Of a DNA stretch of 54,720 nucleotides, positions 26,740-35,598 are shown piece by piece; position 1 is the stretch's first letter, and the number at the start of each line of letters is the position of its first letter. The stretch covers positions 1 to 54,720 of the IMG/VR virus record IMGVR_UViG_3300012346_000035; one strand, written 5' to 3'. The position numbers were made by a program, and so were the translations under genes. A model generated the notes under the pieces. The model did no database searches. It saw nothing but the letters and a program-made list of their open reading frames with translations, and was not told the DNA's origin. The stretch is from a virus (Duplodnaviria > Caudoviricetes).

Positions 26740-27618
26740 TTAGGCATAAGACAACAACTCAGGCTCGATCATCTGCTGGAAGTCAGCACCCTGAATGACA
26801 GACTCGATGTCTTGCTCGATACGAATACGCTTACGCTCTACCTCGGTACCATCACGCTGTGCTTCAACGTGAGTACTGATGTGAGTCAGTGTGTTGTACA
26901 CTTGGTATGCAGTACCACGCATTGTGTCGTAGCTATCGTAGATACCTATGATACGCTCAAGCCATTTGTTGTTTACCTTCTGACCTGTCTTGGTCATGTA
27001 GGTAGCTACATTCCTACGGAAGAAGTCCAATGCAAAGTCACGATTAACTTTGATGCCTTGCATCTTATGCATCACCAATGCATCACGCTCTAAGCGATCA
27101 GGGAACTGTGATGCTACCTTGCCGATCACTTCAGGATCGTAGAATGTAGTGTGCTTCTGTGAGATACCTACCTTCTCACGAGGGGCAATCATTCCATTCA
27201 AGCAAGCAAGGCGATAGATCATTGCACTGATCTGCATCTTGACTGACTGGTCATGTGAGTCACGAACATGCATCACCATCTTCGCAGGCTCACCTAACTT
27301 CTTCTCGAAGTTGTACTGCTTGAGAATAATCTTGGCTGAGAATGCAGCACCATTGTTCATTGCACTGAACTCTACATCCACATCGCTTGTGTCTAGCTTA
27401 GCAATCGCTAAACCCTCACGCATGTTATCCCATACAACACGGAAGTTCTTCGGGTTATGCACAGACTTGCCATCACCGATGACTGTGTCAGTGAGCGGAT
27501 TGATTGTCCAGAACTTGTTAGGTACTGCAACACCATTGCGAGTCTGTTGCTCACGCACTGGGTTGAAGTCCAAGAACTCAGGTAAAGATGGGATGCCGTT
27601 AGATGATTTGATTAACAT
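26740..27618 (-). CDS. DUF932-like early protein
   Basis: DSHD.S, YRLACLNGM, KHT, TAYQVYNTLT. Confidence 0.7.
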   Translation of the reverse strand: MLIKSSNGIPSLPEFLDFNPVREQQTRNGVAVPNKFWTINPLTDTVIGDGKSVHNPKNFRVVWDNMREGLAIAKLDTSDVDVEFSAMNNGAAFSAKIILKQYNFEKKLGEPAKMVMHVRDSHDQSVKMQISAMIYRLACLNGMIAPREKVGISQKHTTFYDPEVIGKVASQFPDRLERDALVMHKMQGIKVNRDFALDFFRRNVATYMTKTGQKVNNKWLERIIGIYDSYDTMRGTAYQVYNTLTHISTHVEAQRDGTEVERKRIRIEQDIESVIQGADFQQMIEPELLSYA

Positions 27619-27662
27619 ATTATTTCCTTATAGATATGTGTGATTGAAATTGAACTGTGAAA

Positions 27663-28133
27663 CTAAATTGCACTGCTAGTATCGTACCTACCATAACTGT
27701 TTGTCAATGGGGGATTACCCTTAGTGTAGATAGTCTGCTTCCACTTCATCGAATACACAGGTAAATGTGTACCTACAACTGTTACATCTTGTGTGTCTGC
27801 TACATGTTGCAAGAATGTGTAGGGTGTACTACCCTGTGATTCAAATGCTACCCACAAACTATCGCCATCATACTGGGCTACAGGACATTCCCTTACTGAC
27901 CATCGACTGATGGTATGGGTAGGGCAATCAGCCTGTGCCTTGTATCCTAGGCTAGTGAAGGGTGTCATACCTTTGAACGCACTGTATATACCAGCATACT
28001 GCTGTGGTGTACCTACAAACTTTACATTCGTATGGACCCAGTCATGTGTCTTCACATCTACTGGGGCACCGAACTTGTTACGCTCCCTTGCTTGTGGGTG
28101 GTTGGGTACTACGACTTCAAGGGCATCAATCAT
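27663..28133 (-). CDS. Hypothetical early protein
   Basis: ATG with AAGGA RBS. Confidence 0.5.
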   Translation of the reverse strand: MIDALEVVVPNHPQARERNKFGAPVDVKTHDWVHTNVKFVGTPQQYAGIYSAFKGMTPFTSLGYKAQADCPTHTISRWSVRECPVAQYDGDSLWVAFESQGSTPYTFLQHVADTQDVTVVGTHLPVYSMKWKQTIYTKGNPPLTNSYGRYDTSSAI

Positions 28134-28314
28134 TAGATCCTTTCTGCTTGCGAGGCTTACGAAATTTATCAAGTACTACACGGCTGATGATACGGATAGA
28201 CTCACCTTCAAACCATGCATCACACCCTGCAGTGGAAGCCCTAGCTTCCTTGAGTGTAGGGAATACATGGTCATTGTGCTTCTCTTTAATTACCCACAAT
28301 ACTTGCTTGCTCAT
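28126..28314 (-). CDS. Hypothetical early protein
   Basis: GGAGG RBS, coupled. Confidence 0.5.
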   Translation of the reverse strand: MSKQVLWVIKEKHNDHVFPTLKEARASTAGCDAWFEGESIRIISRVVLDKFRKPRKQKGSND

Positions 28315-28532
28315 TACTCACCTCCTATTAAAGAGCTAACTGGAACTGCTACCTCTGATAACACCTCACCTTCGGTGTCAATACAAATGATGTACACATT
28401 ACCATCTGCATCCTGCCTTACCGAGATGTACCCACCTGTCTCGACACCTAACCCCTCACCTATGATGCGATCAAAGTTGATGTAGTGTATGTCATCGTTA
28501 TCTTCGTGTGATATGCATAGATCTGTTCTCAT
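28314..28532 (-). CDS. Hypothetical early protein
   Basis: GGAG RBS. Confidence 0.55.
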   Translation of the reverse strand: MRTDLCISHEDNDDIHYINFDRIIGEGLGVETGGYISVRQDADGNVYIICIDTEGEVLSEVAVPVSSLIGGE

Positions 28533-28533
28533 A

Positions 28534-28758
28534 CTATCTCCCTCCCATAAATGCTATCTCATAGCGTTGTCCATGTGCATCTTCAGCTAGCTCACCAATG
28601 TATGAGTCACACTGGGATTCCTTCACATAAAAATCCCACGCTTCTTCAGGGTCAGTGAACTCTTTCACATGCTCTACCTTACGGACTAGTGCTAGTGGGT
28701 AGGTATCGTTGTTGATTAGGAACTCACCAAACTCTACAATGCCGTAGTAATATTTCAT
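28534..28758 (-). CDS. Hypothetical early protein
   Basis: GGAG RBS. Confidence 0.55.
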   Translation of the reverse strand: MKYYYGIVEFGEFLINNDTYPLALVRKVEHVKEFTDPEEAWDFYVKESQCDSYIGELAEDAHGQRYEIAFMGGR

Positions 28759-29069
28759 ATTAACTCCTTAACTTTTAATCTTGCATTCAATACAAACGAA
28801 GCCCAAGGTTCTATCTTCAAACTGATCCAGTCATCTGTGCTCAGCCCGTCTTCATCACATACATATGCTGACATCTTCCATGTGTTAGGTTCCGTTGCAT
28901 CACCGAACTCGTAGTCATCAAAGATGTTAAGACCCCACTCCTCACCATCAAGCATGAAGTATTCCCACCAGTCACCTGACCCATCAAACTTGGTGGCTAG
29001 GATGTAACTCCCCTTAGCCTGTAATTGTTTCTTGACTTGCTCTCGTACATCGGATATGAGATACATCAT
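28755..29069 (-). CDS. Hypothetical early protein
   Basis: Coupled ORF. Confidence 0.55.
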   Translation of the reverse strand: MMYLISDVREQVKKQLQAKGSYILATKFDGSGDWWEYFMLDGEEWGLNIFDDYEFGDATEPNTWKMSAYVCDEDGLSTDDWISLKIEPWASFVLNARLKVKELI

Positions 29070-29380
29070 TCGCCCCCTGTCATTGCAGTTACACCTTCGA
29101 TTGTTGGGTACTGACTAGCACCTAAGTGTGTGTCATAGAATGTACCCCGCCCTGTTGTGTTCAGATACACTGTCTCGTCTATGACGAATCGATCAGTGAT
29201 CTTGCCCTTGCCTGCTTGTGCATCGCTTGATGTAGCACCAGACCTGAAGTGTAGCTTGGCATTCGCCTTGTCACTATCGAAACCCCAGTATGGTTTGTAT
29301 GCAAACTTAGCTACGTTGGCTAGCACTCCATCGCTACACCGAACCTTGATACCTGTCACTCTGTATACATAGACACCCAT
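29066..29380 (-). CDS. Hypothetical early protein
   Basis: GGAGG RBS. Confidence 0.55.
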   Translation of the reverse strand: MGVYVYRVTGIKVRCSDGVLANVAKFAYKPYWGFDSDKANAKLHFRSGATSSDAQAGKGKITDRFVIDETVYLNTTGRGTFYDTHLGASQYPTIEGVTAMTGGE

Positions 29381-29607
29381 TATGCAGCCCTCCGTTCATT
29401 CAATTCAAATCTAGCTAAGTCCTGACCAGAGATGTCCCTGATCCACCCACTGCCATACCAATCGCCTTGCATCTTCTCAAGCTCGATCCAATTCTCACCC
29501 CAAAATACTTCGATGTGTTCCCATCCTTCTCGTACTAATGCACGGACATGCTTCAGTACCTGTGCCTTGCTTGGCTTACGACCATTGAAATGTATCTCTC
29601 TAGACAT
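29380..29607 (-). CDS. Hypothetical early protein
   Basis: AGGAG RBS. Confidence 0.6.
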   Translation of the reverse strand: MSREIHFNGRKPSKAQVLKHVRALVREGWEHIEVFWGENWIELEKMQGDWYGSGWIRDISGQDLARFELNERRAA

Positions 29608-29618
29608 AGCAGTTCTCC

Positions 29619-29825
29619 TTACGCAGTTTTAAAAAAACAGTAGTCATATAGTTCAGCAAAATCTTTTTCGTGATACCACTTGTTTGCATCGTTGTGCAGT
29701 TCGGTAATAGCCCGACTCTTTAATTTTCCCAAGTGAGACTCACCGATCCTTCGGTTCTTCTTGATCCACTCTACAAACTGGTGAAAGTAATCCAGTAATT
29801 CACCTTCCAAAATAATAATTTCCAT
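29619..29825 (-). CDS. Hypothetical early protein
   Basis: ATG just after upstream stop. Confidence 0.45.
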   Translation of the reverse strand: MEIIILEGELLDYFHQFVEWIKKNRRIGESHLGKLKSRAITELHNDANKWYHEKDFAELYDYCFFKTA

Positions 29826-29826
29826 A

Positions 29827-30093
29827 TCACTTATTCCTCTCACTCAATCTGTCCATACATTCACTGAGGATGTACTTGGACTTGTTAATGAATTGTCTTG
29901 CCTGTTCGACACTACCCATTGCCATCACTTCCTGTGCATCACTGAGTATGCTCATCGCTAGCATCAGGTCACCTGCATCCTTGCCTAGTAGCTTGGCATA
30001 CAGGTTATCTTCGATCATGCTAAGCACTTGGGATTCGCTACACCCAAACATCTGAGTGTCTGTGCTACCTCTGGTAGTTCTTGTGATGTCCAT
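29827..30093 (-). CDS. Hypothetical early protein
   Basis: AGGAG RBS; SILSDAQE...ARQFINKSKY motif. Confidence 0.6.
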   Translation of the reverse strand: MDITRTTRGSTDTQMFGCSESQVLSMIEDNLYAKLLGKDAGDLMLAMSILSDAQEVMAMGSVEQARQFINKSKYILSECMDRLSERNK

Positions 30094-30191
30094 AGTAATT
30101 CTCCTATCGTGTAACCTACAGTTAAACCGCCAATCATTATTGTCAGACCCAGTACAACCATCATTGCAATCAACCAAATTTCTTTTTTCAT
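30015..30191 (-). CDS. 58-aa membrane peptide (not in ORF track)
   Basis: MKKEIWLIAMMVVLGLTIMIGGLTVGYTIG...; ATGA-coupled to upstream peptide, but overlaps next gene. Confidence 0.4.
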   Translation of the reverse strand: MKKEIWLIAMMVVLGLTIMIGGLTVGYTIGELLWTSQELPEVAQTLRCLGVANPKCLA

Positions 30192-30286
30192 AGCATGAAC
30201 ACCATCACATACAGTGCCATAAGCAAGGCACTCATTGCCATTCCTGTAAGCACTAAGCTACAGGCAATCTCTAGCCTACTCATCAT
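30188..30286 (-). CDS. 32-aa hydrophobic peptide (not in ORF track)
   Basis: MMSRLEIACSLVLTGMAMSALLMALYVMVFML; GAGG RBS. Confidence 0.45.
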   Translation of the reverse strand: MMSRLEIACSLVLTGMAMSALLMALYVMVFML

Positions 30287-30698
30287 CTTCCTCCTCATCT
30301 GCAGGATCTGTGTCAATCGTTATGCTACCGAAGCGTAGCTTGCCATCACCATTACTGCTACACTTAACTGGTGTAGTGAATGTGACTACAGTACACAGGT
30401 CACTACGCAATTCCTCTGTGCCTACTACCTCGACAGGCACCAGACCTATCAAGCCTGCATCTACTGGGTACATACATCCATCTGTACCTTCATAGCAACC
30501 GTCACCCCAACGGGTATTGAATGCAAGTACTGGGAACTGTTGCATCCCATCCTTAATATAGCCAATAGGATTCTCGAAGAAGTTACATGACTGCAGTAGC
30601 TCATCCCAATCACTATCGGGTACTGCATAGCATGGGTCACCTAGTATGTACTTACCTGCTGGTACTTCCACTTCTACATTTCGTATCTTCATTTGCAT
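30276..30698 (-). CDS. Conserved early protein (DUF4241-like)
   Basis: GDPCY, WGDGCY, VDAGLIG. Confidence 0.6.
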   Translation of the reverse strand: MQMKIRNVEVEVPAGKYILGDPCYAVPDSDWDELLQSCNFFENPIGYIKDGMQQFPVLAFNTRWGDGCYEGTDGCMYPVDAGLIGLVPVEVVGTEELRSDLCTVVTFTTPVKCSSNGDGKLRFGSITIDTDPADEEEDDE

Positions 30699-30705
30699 AT
30701 CTCCA

Positions 30706-30734
30706 AGTTAGTGCCGAACATTCGACAGTAGAAC
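30706..30734. repeat. ~25-bp dispersed repeat, copy 1
   Basis: AGTTAGTGCCGAACATTCGACAGTAGAAC. Confidence 0.9.
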
Positions 30735-30748
30735 CATAAAGCCTTGCT

Positions 30749-30792
30749 AGTATCGTAGCTACAATAAACTCCTGTCAATTAGGGGAAACCCT
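30749..30792 (-). promoter_or_regulatory. Early promoter with upstream palindrome
   Basis: TTGACA-N18-GATACT preceded by AGGG-TTTC-CCCT. Confidence 0.6.
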
Positions 30793-31163
30793 TATCCATA
30801 AAGGATAGCCCCTACATTCTTATCCTCTCCCATGTATACCCAACTAGCATTGTGTACTGGCATGAAGTCATTGTTCTTGCGGACAAATGAGTCATACTTG
30901 TATGGATTGTAGGTAACTGCAGTCATCTGTGGCATGTAGCTAAGGGGTACATTGATCCTGCCTAGTTGCCCTACTACACCAGCATGTACATTCTTTCTAC
31001 GCTCCCTGAGTACACGCTCTCTGCCTGCCTTGGACACCTTGAATGTACAGTCTGACAAGGTCACATTCTGTGCATGGTAGATGACCCTGCCCTTGTGCTC
31101 ACCTTCGAGTGCCTTGACTGACCAACAGTTCTTGTGCAAGTTGCGGTATACAAATACTTTCAT
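30792..31163 (-). CDS. Conserved phage hypothetical protein
   Basis: YRNLHK..WS, GRERVLRERRKNVHA, YNPYK. Confidence 0.7.
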   Translation of the reverse strand: MKVFVYRNLHKNCWSVKALEGEHKGRVIYHAQNVTLSDCTFKVSKAGRERVLRERRKNVHAGVVGQLGRINVPLSYMPQMTAVTYNPYKYDSFVRKNNDFMPVHNASWVYMGEDKNVGAILYG

Positions 31164-31171
31164 ACATCCTC

Positions 31172-31354
31172 CTAGTCAAGCTCGTTGATCTCGTGTGTTT
31201 CTTCCTCGCCATACACTACTTCTTCATCTTCGTAGTCATTCTTATTGAATCTTGCATATGCCTTCTTCTCTGCTTCGTCTTCTGACTTAGCCATCACCTC
31301 AACTGTATAGATTGTGGTTTCATTTCTTGCTATGAGTACCTCATACTTTTTCAT
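31172..31354 (-). CDS. Small DpnD/PcfM-like protein
   Basis: KYEV.I...VEV.A.SEDEA. Confidence 0.5.
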   Translation of the reverse strand: MKKYEVLIARNETTIYTVEVMAKSEDEAEKKAYARFNKNDYEDEEVVYGEEETHEINELD

Positions 31355-31368
31355 ACATCCTCCGTTAC

Positions 31369-31569
31369 CTAATCAAGATTAGAAAATGAATCTTCATCAC
31401 CTGCTTTTGCTTCGCACTTTGCTACATCAATACTTACTACATCCTCCTCTGCCCTTACAAGATCGTAGATAATATCGAGCAACTCCCCGTCTGACATACT
31501 GTCAGGGTCAGGGGTAGTCTCAGGTTCAATGTACTCTCGGATTGCCTTACATAATTCTTGCTTAGTCAT
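31369..31569 (-). CDS. Hypothetical early protein
   Basis: GGAG RBS. Confidence 0.5.
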   Translation of the reverse strand: MTKQELCKAIREYIEPETTPDPDSMSDGELLDIIYDLVRAEEDVVSIDVAKCEAKAGDEDSFSNLD

Positions 31570-31988
31570 ACTCCCTCCCTCAGTGCTTGTTTGACATAGT
31601 CAACTGCTAGGCTAGTGTGTCCACCAATGTGCCAGTCTGTAATGGATTCCGTAGGAATACCATGCTCTGACCCACAATAGTTGATGCCATCCTTCCAGTT
31701 ATAAATGGTGGCTACTGTGCCATCATCAAACTTCACAAGCCACTCTGCATCTGACTTGTAGTCATCGAACCCATCCTTCAAGGGCATACCGAATGTAGCT
31801 ACCAATTGTGTGTAGCTTGCAGTGATACCCCCTCTCAGGGATGTCATGTTGGAATTGATCAGGTCATCCTGATTGTGTGTAATGTATTGCACAATTTTCT
31901 CCTTGCGTTTTGGTATGTAAACTGACTGCTCCCTGTGCCCATTAAATGTAGACACAGAGTAGACTGGTGCTACTGGTGTGATTCTCAT
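31566..31988 (-). CDS. Conserved early protein
   Basis: KSDAEW, ATIYNWK, WHIGG. Confidence 0.6.
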   Translation of the reverse strand: MRITPVAPVYSVSTFNGHREQSVYIPKRKEKIVQYITHNQDDLINSNMTSLRGGITASYTQLVATFGMPLKDGFDDYKSDAEWLVKFDDGTVATIYNWKDGINYCGSEHGIPTESITDWHIGGHTSLAVDYVKQALREGV

Positions 31989-32176
31989 AGCTCCACCCTT
32001 ATCCTTACGGATTCAAACATCTTCCGACCTTCATACATGAACAGGTTCATTGCAGCACGATCTCTGTTAGAGATGTCCTCATCCTCTAGCATCTCCTTGA
32101 GTGTGAGTAGGATGTCTGATGTACCTATGCCATTGCCATATTCCTTGATGATCTCGATTGCCTTAGTGATATCCAT
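31985..32176 (-). CDS. Hypothetical early protein
   Basis: GGAGG RBS. Confidence 0.5.
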   Translation of the reverse strand: MDITKAIEIIKEYGNGIGTSDILLTLKEMLEDEDISNRDRAAMNLFMYEGRKMFESVRIRVEL

Positions 32177-32186
32177 ATACCCTCCG

Positions 32187-32351
32187 TTAAAACTGATTGT
32201 CGAATGATGAGAACTCCCCATTTACAATGGCAAGTACCTCGTAGATAGAACCCTTCGCATCCTCTACATACGGGTCATCGTCTACCTCTTTCAGATCCCG
32301 CAATGCTATGCCTAACAACTCCACAACTCTGTTGGTCATCTCCTGATTCAT
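32187..32351 (-). CDS. 54-aa hypothetical protein (not in ORF track)
   Basis: MNQEMTNRVVELLGIALRDLKEV...; ATGA overlap, GGAGG RBS. Confidence 0.5.
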   Translation of the reverse strand: MNQEMTNRVVELLGIALRDLKEVDDDPYVEDAKGSIYEVLAIVNGEFSSFDNQF

Positions 32352-32686
32352 ACAACCTCCGTAATTAAACTGCGATAGTCAATCTCTGGTTCACCATAGG
32401 TGATAGATCCATCATGCTCAAGCTGAGACTTCTCGAACCATGACATATAGTCATCTGATTCTACGAACCATTCCAGTACATACTCTCTGCAATAGTCATC
32501 ACTTCGTGAGATGTCCTTGCTTACCATACCTACAATGCTAGGGTATGTGTCAATATCACTAGGGATATTCCGAACCTTGTACTCTGAGCCACCCTTATAC
32601 TTCCAGTATTGTGGACACACACCCTCCCCATCCCAGTCATGTGCTCCGTAATTCTCCATGTATTGAGTACGAATAACGATAATCAT
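32348..32686 (-). CDS. Conserved early protein
   Basis: TQYMENYGAHDWDG.G.CPQYWK.KGG. Confidence 0.65.
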   Translation of the reverse strand: MIIVIRTQYMENYGAHDWDGEGVCPQYWKYKGGSEYKVRNIPSDIDTYPSIVGMVSKDISRSDDYCREYVLEWFVESDDYMSWFEKSQLEHDGSITYGEPEIDYRSLITEVV

Positions 32687-32698
32687 ATTAATCTCCGA

Positions 32699-33418
32699 TT
32701 AAATGTGAACAACGAAACCTGATACATCCTTACGAGCAGGACCTTTAGCACGAAGACCCACAATCACACCTTTCGGGTCATCGATACGAGCATCATGCAA
32801 GTCACCATCAATTACCCTTCGGGACATAAAGGTGACAGGCAATTCCTTGCCATGGAAAACTACTGCCATGTTTGCACTAGAAGACTGTGCCAATTTGACC
32901 TGATTCTTGTAGGTATCTACACCAGAGTATGAGAATGTGAGTGAGTAATTCTCAGGTGTCTTACCTAATCGTGATGCATGCTTGGTGTAATCGTAGAACT
33001 CGATTTCAGGGAAAGCCTGTGGAATGCCCTTAAATGGCTTGCCATTACGAGTACAGGCTTGAAGCTCCCAAGATATATCCGAGAAGCAATTGAGTCTGAC
33101 ACGAGCCGTCTTGCCCTGTTTGCTAGCCTTCTTTACAAGGGCTTCCAACTCAGTCACTAATTGTGCTTTGAATTCAGTAGGATTGGACATCCAAAAATCA
33201 GTCTTGCGTTGACGAGACAGTTGAACATTGCTGAAGACACCACGACCTGCATTCTTCAGGCATGGGGTCATACACTGTGCAGCCTTACTACCTGCACAGA
33301 TTGTGTTGTTAGGCATCAGGGACATTTCTGCATACAGATGATTGCCACCGACAACGGCATTCGTTTTCTCGATCTTAGCGTTAGCTACTGTGGATAACAG
33401 GGTGATTTGTGATGTCAT
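32699..33418 (-). CDS. GP88-like protein
   Basis: Three-Cys cluster, RLN..SD, FYDYTK, LTFS, DGD.HD.R..D, GL.AKG. Confidence 0.6.
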   Translation of the reverse strand: MTSQITLLSTVANAKIEKTNAVVGGNHLYAEMSLMPNNTICAGSKAAQCMTPCLKNAGRGVFSNVQLSRQRKTDFWMSNPTEFKAQLVTELEALVKKASKQGKTARVRLNCFSDISWELQACTRNGKPFKGIPQAFPEIEFYDYTKHASRLGKTPENYSLTFSYSGVDTYKNQVKLAQSSSANMAVVFHGKELPVTFMSRRVIDGDLHDARIDDPKGVIVGLRAKGPARKDVSGFVVHI

Positions 33419-33431
33419 ATAAACTCCGTTT

Positions 33432-33456
33432 AGTTAGTGACGAACATTCGACAGTA
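33432..33456. repeat. ~25-bp dispersed repeat, copy 2
   Basis: AGTTAGTGACGAACATTCGACAGTA. Confidence 0.9.
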
Positions 33457-33474
33457 CCGCTCTAAAACATTTCC

Positions 33475-33519
33475 AGTATCAAGGCAGAGGGATTGGCTTG
33501 TAAATAGGGACTTTCCCTA
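33475..33519 (-). promoter_or_regulatory. Early promoter with upstream palindrome
   Basis: TTTACA-N18-GATACT preceded by TAGGGA-AAG-TCCCTA. Confidence 0.55.
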
Positions 33520-33534
33520 CGGTATCGTAGATAC

Positions 33535-33921
33535 CTAATCCCAAGATTTCTTGTCTCCGCATTGCTCATTGTGTGCATATCCTGCGAGGTATTGCTTGAC
33601 TTGATCGTGGGTTAGACCGATGACACGCTGTCCATTGCCTGTCCCTTCGGGATAGTAGTGTGGATCACGAGGTCTACCATAGTAGCTATCGGCACTACCC
33701 CTGTCCCAAGGGCTACCATGACTACGATCAACTTCGTTGAAGTCTTCATCGAGAATGCCCCCATTTTGCAAAGCAACTTCGATATTGAATACGAAGTCAT
33801 TGATTACCTTGGGCATATCCATGCCTGCTGAATCGAATGCAGAGCGAAGCTCACCAACTAGGTTCAATGCATCTGTTTCGTAACCTTTAAAGGTTAAGTA
33901 CTTTTCTTGTGCTGTAATCAT
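33535..33921 (-). CDS. Hypothetical early protein
   Basis: HGSPWDRGSADSYY motif; GGAG RBS. Confidence 0.6.
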   Translation of the reverse strand: MITAQEKYLTFKGYETDALNLVGELRSAFDSAGMDMPKVINDFVFNIEVALQNGGILDEDFNEVDRSHGSPWDRGSADSYYGRPRDPHYYPEGTGNGQRVIGLTHDQVKQYLAGYAHNEQCGDKKSWD

Positions 33922-33922
33922 A

Positions 33923-34102
33923 TTAATCTCCGATTAATTCAAGGGTGTCTACTTCGATTGTTTCATTGGCTTCAGCCTGTGCTTTCAGCACTTCAGCAAA
34001 TGCTTCTGCATCTGAGCCTTTAGTGAATACCTTCACTACTTCGCTACTCCAATTGTTACGCTCCACTTCTACATGCGAGGTAACTACATAGACTTGCTTC
34101 AT
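33923..34102 (-). CDS. 59-aa early protein (not in ORF track)
   Basis: MKQVYVVTSHVEVERNNWSSEVVKVF...; GGAG RBS. Confidence 0.6.
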   Translation of the reverse strand: MKQVYVVTSHVEVERNNWSSEVVKVFTKGSDAEAFAEVLKAQAEANETIEVDTLELIGD

Positions 34103-34114
34103 ATTAATCTCCGA

Positions 34115-34237
34115 TTAAAGTGAGGTTGAAGTGATAGGGTTGATCTTTGCTTTGATAAAAGCATTGAAGGTGGATTCGGTGAAAGGGATAAAGCCTTTGG
34201 CTTTAGCATAAGCTACATAGTCTTGATAAGTTGGCAT
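34115..34237 (-). CDS. 40-aa early protein (start reassigned)
   Basis: MPTYQDYVAYAKAKG...; GGAG RBS. Confidence 0.55.
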   Translation of the reverse strand: MPTYQDYVAYAKAKGFIPFTESTFNAFIKAKINPITSTSL

Positions 34238-34250
34238 AGATAATCTCCGA

Positions 34251-34514
34251 TTATTTCTTGTAGAAAAATACTGTTCCTGCATCGTAAAACTCAGCCCACA
34301 ATCCCATGTTCTCAAGAACATGAGCCAGTTTAGGGTGAACACCGAAGGTGCTATCGTAGCCGTAGTAATCGAATGCTTCCCATTGCCCTTCATCTCCGAT
34401 GTAGCTACCTTCACCTGTCCAGATAGTACCTACATGATCGGGACTGAATTCGCCTCCATCTTTGAACCAAATCTTGGGGAATTTTTTAGCTAAACGCTCC
34501 ATCTTTTTTTCCAT
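34251..34514 (-). CDS. Hypothetical early protein
   Basis: FGVHPKL...AEFYDAGT; GGAG RBS. Confidence 0.6.
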   Translation of the reverse strand: MEKKMERLAKKFPKIWFKDGGEFSPDHVGTIWTGEGSYIGDEGQWEAFDYYGYDSTFGVHPKLAHVLENMGLWAEFYDAGTVFFYKK

Positions 34515-34695
34515 TGCCTAATCTCCGATTAAGTTAAGCCATGAACCCTGTGCCAGTTCCATACATACACTACATAACATCATGGCGTGACACATACATA
34601 CTGCATATACATCACATGGCACAGGACATAGCAAGTACATAGTAGGCATCATGACCTACTGCATTTGCACAACACAAAACGGGTACTACTAACGC

Positions 34696-34715
34696 CAAAA
34701 GCCCCGTTAGGGGCT
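34696..34715 (-). terminator. Possible intrinsic terminator
   Basis: AGCCCC-TAAC-GGGGCT then short T-tract. Confidence 0.45.
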
Positions 34716-34745
34716 AATGGGTACTACACAACTTGTAACCGAAGG

Positions 34746-35546
34746 TTAGTAGGTAGCTGATTCAGCTAGGATTAGCGTAGCTATTTCAGCAAGTGAGATA
34801 TGCTTTAGCTTCGCTAGAGTGATTACGGCACTAGCAATGCCTTCGGCAGTATCTTCAGCGAGTTTTAGTGACGAACATTCGACAGTAGAACTAGCTTCGC
34901 TAGAATCTGACTCATCACTCACATCGTTACGCTCAGCTTTTACTTCGTAATTCTCAGCCGATTTGCCTTCTTTACGAAGTAACTGGCGAAGATAACTAGC
35001 AGAACAAGAGTTAATATCTAACTCTTTCATTTTTGCCTTGATGTCAACCCAGTTCTCGGATAGCCACATTGCATCGCTACGATCCTGTCTAGACATATTC
35101 TTTAAGGCAGTAGCCTTAACTGCTTGACCGAATTCCTTGTCTGACTTGCCGATTACAGAGCGAAGCTCTTGTAAAACCTTACCGATTTCACACAGCTTTT
35201 CAAGCTGACTACGCTTTTGTTTGACGATACTAGTGTAAACACTAGCTGAATGCTCAATGGCTTGACCAAGGGTAAAACCCTTAACCTCACCGAATTGACG
35301 AGACATAACCTCGCTGAATTCGTTACGATACTTCGTATCCTTCGCTAATTCCGCATCGGAATGCTTTTCAGCTTTCTTGGTCGGTACAGTCTTCGACTGT
35401 TTCGTAGGTTTCAGTTTGCTATCAACCTTAACGGTTGATGTCTTGACTTCCGTAGTAGGAGTCTCAGGGATTAAGCCTTTGGCTTTAAAGATTTCCAAGT
35501 TCTTAACTTCGTTAGCCAGTAAAGCGGAGCGGATTGATTTTGCCAT
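34746..35546 (-). CDS. First large early protein, weak DUF3102-like central region
   Basis: AAGGA RBS; EIGKVLQELR...EFG...S...RS.AM. Confidence 0.6.
   Translation of the reverse strand: MAKSIRSALLANEVKNLEIFKAKGLIPETPTTEVKTSTVKVDSKLKPTKQSKTVPTKKAEKHSDAELAKDTKYRNEFSEVMSRQFGEVKGFTLGQAIEHSASVYTSIVKQKRSQLEKLCEIGKVLQELRSVIGKSDKEFGQAVKATALKNMSRQDRSDAMWLSENWVDIKAKMKELDINSCSASYLRQLLRKEGKSAENYEVKAERNDVSDESDSSEASSTVECSSLKLAEDTAEGIASAVITLAKLKHISLAEIATLILAESATY
34865..34891. repeat. ~25-bp dispersed repeat, copy 3 (inside CDS)
   Basis: TTAGTGACGAACATTCGACAGTAGAAC. Confidence 0.9.
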
Positions 35547-35598
35547 GATATTTATCCTTTCAGGATAGTTGTGAGTAAAGTTGTAAGTAAACTAAAGT

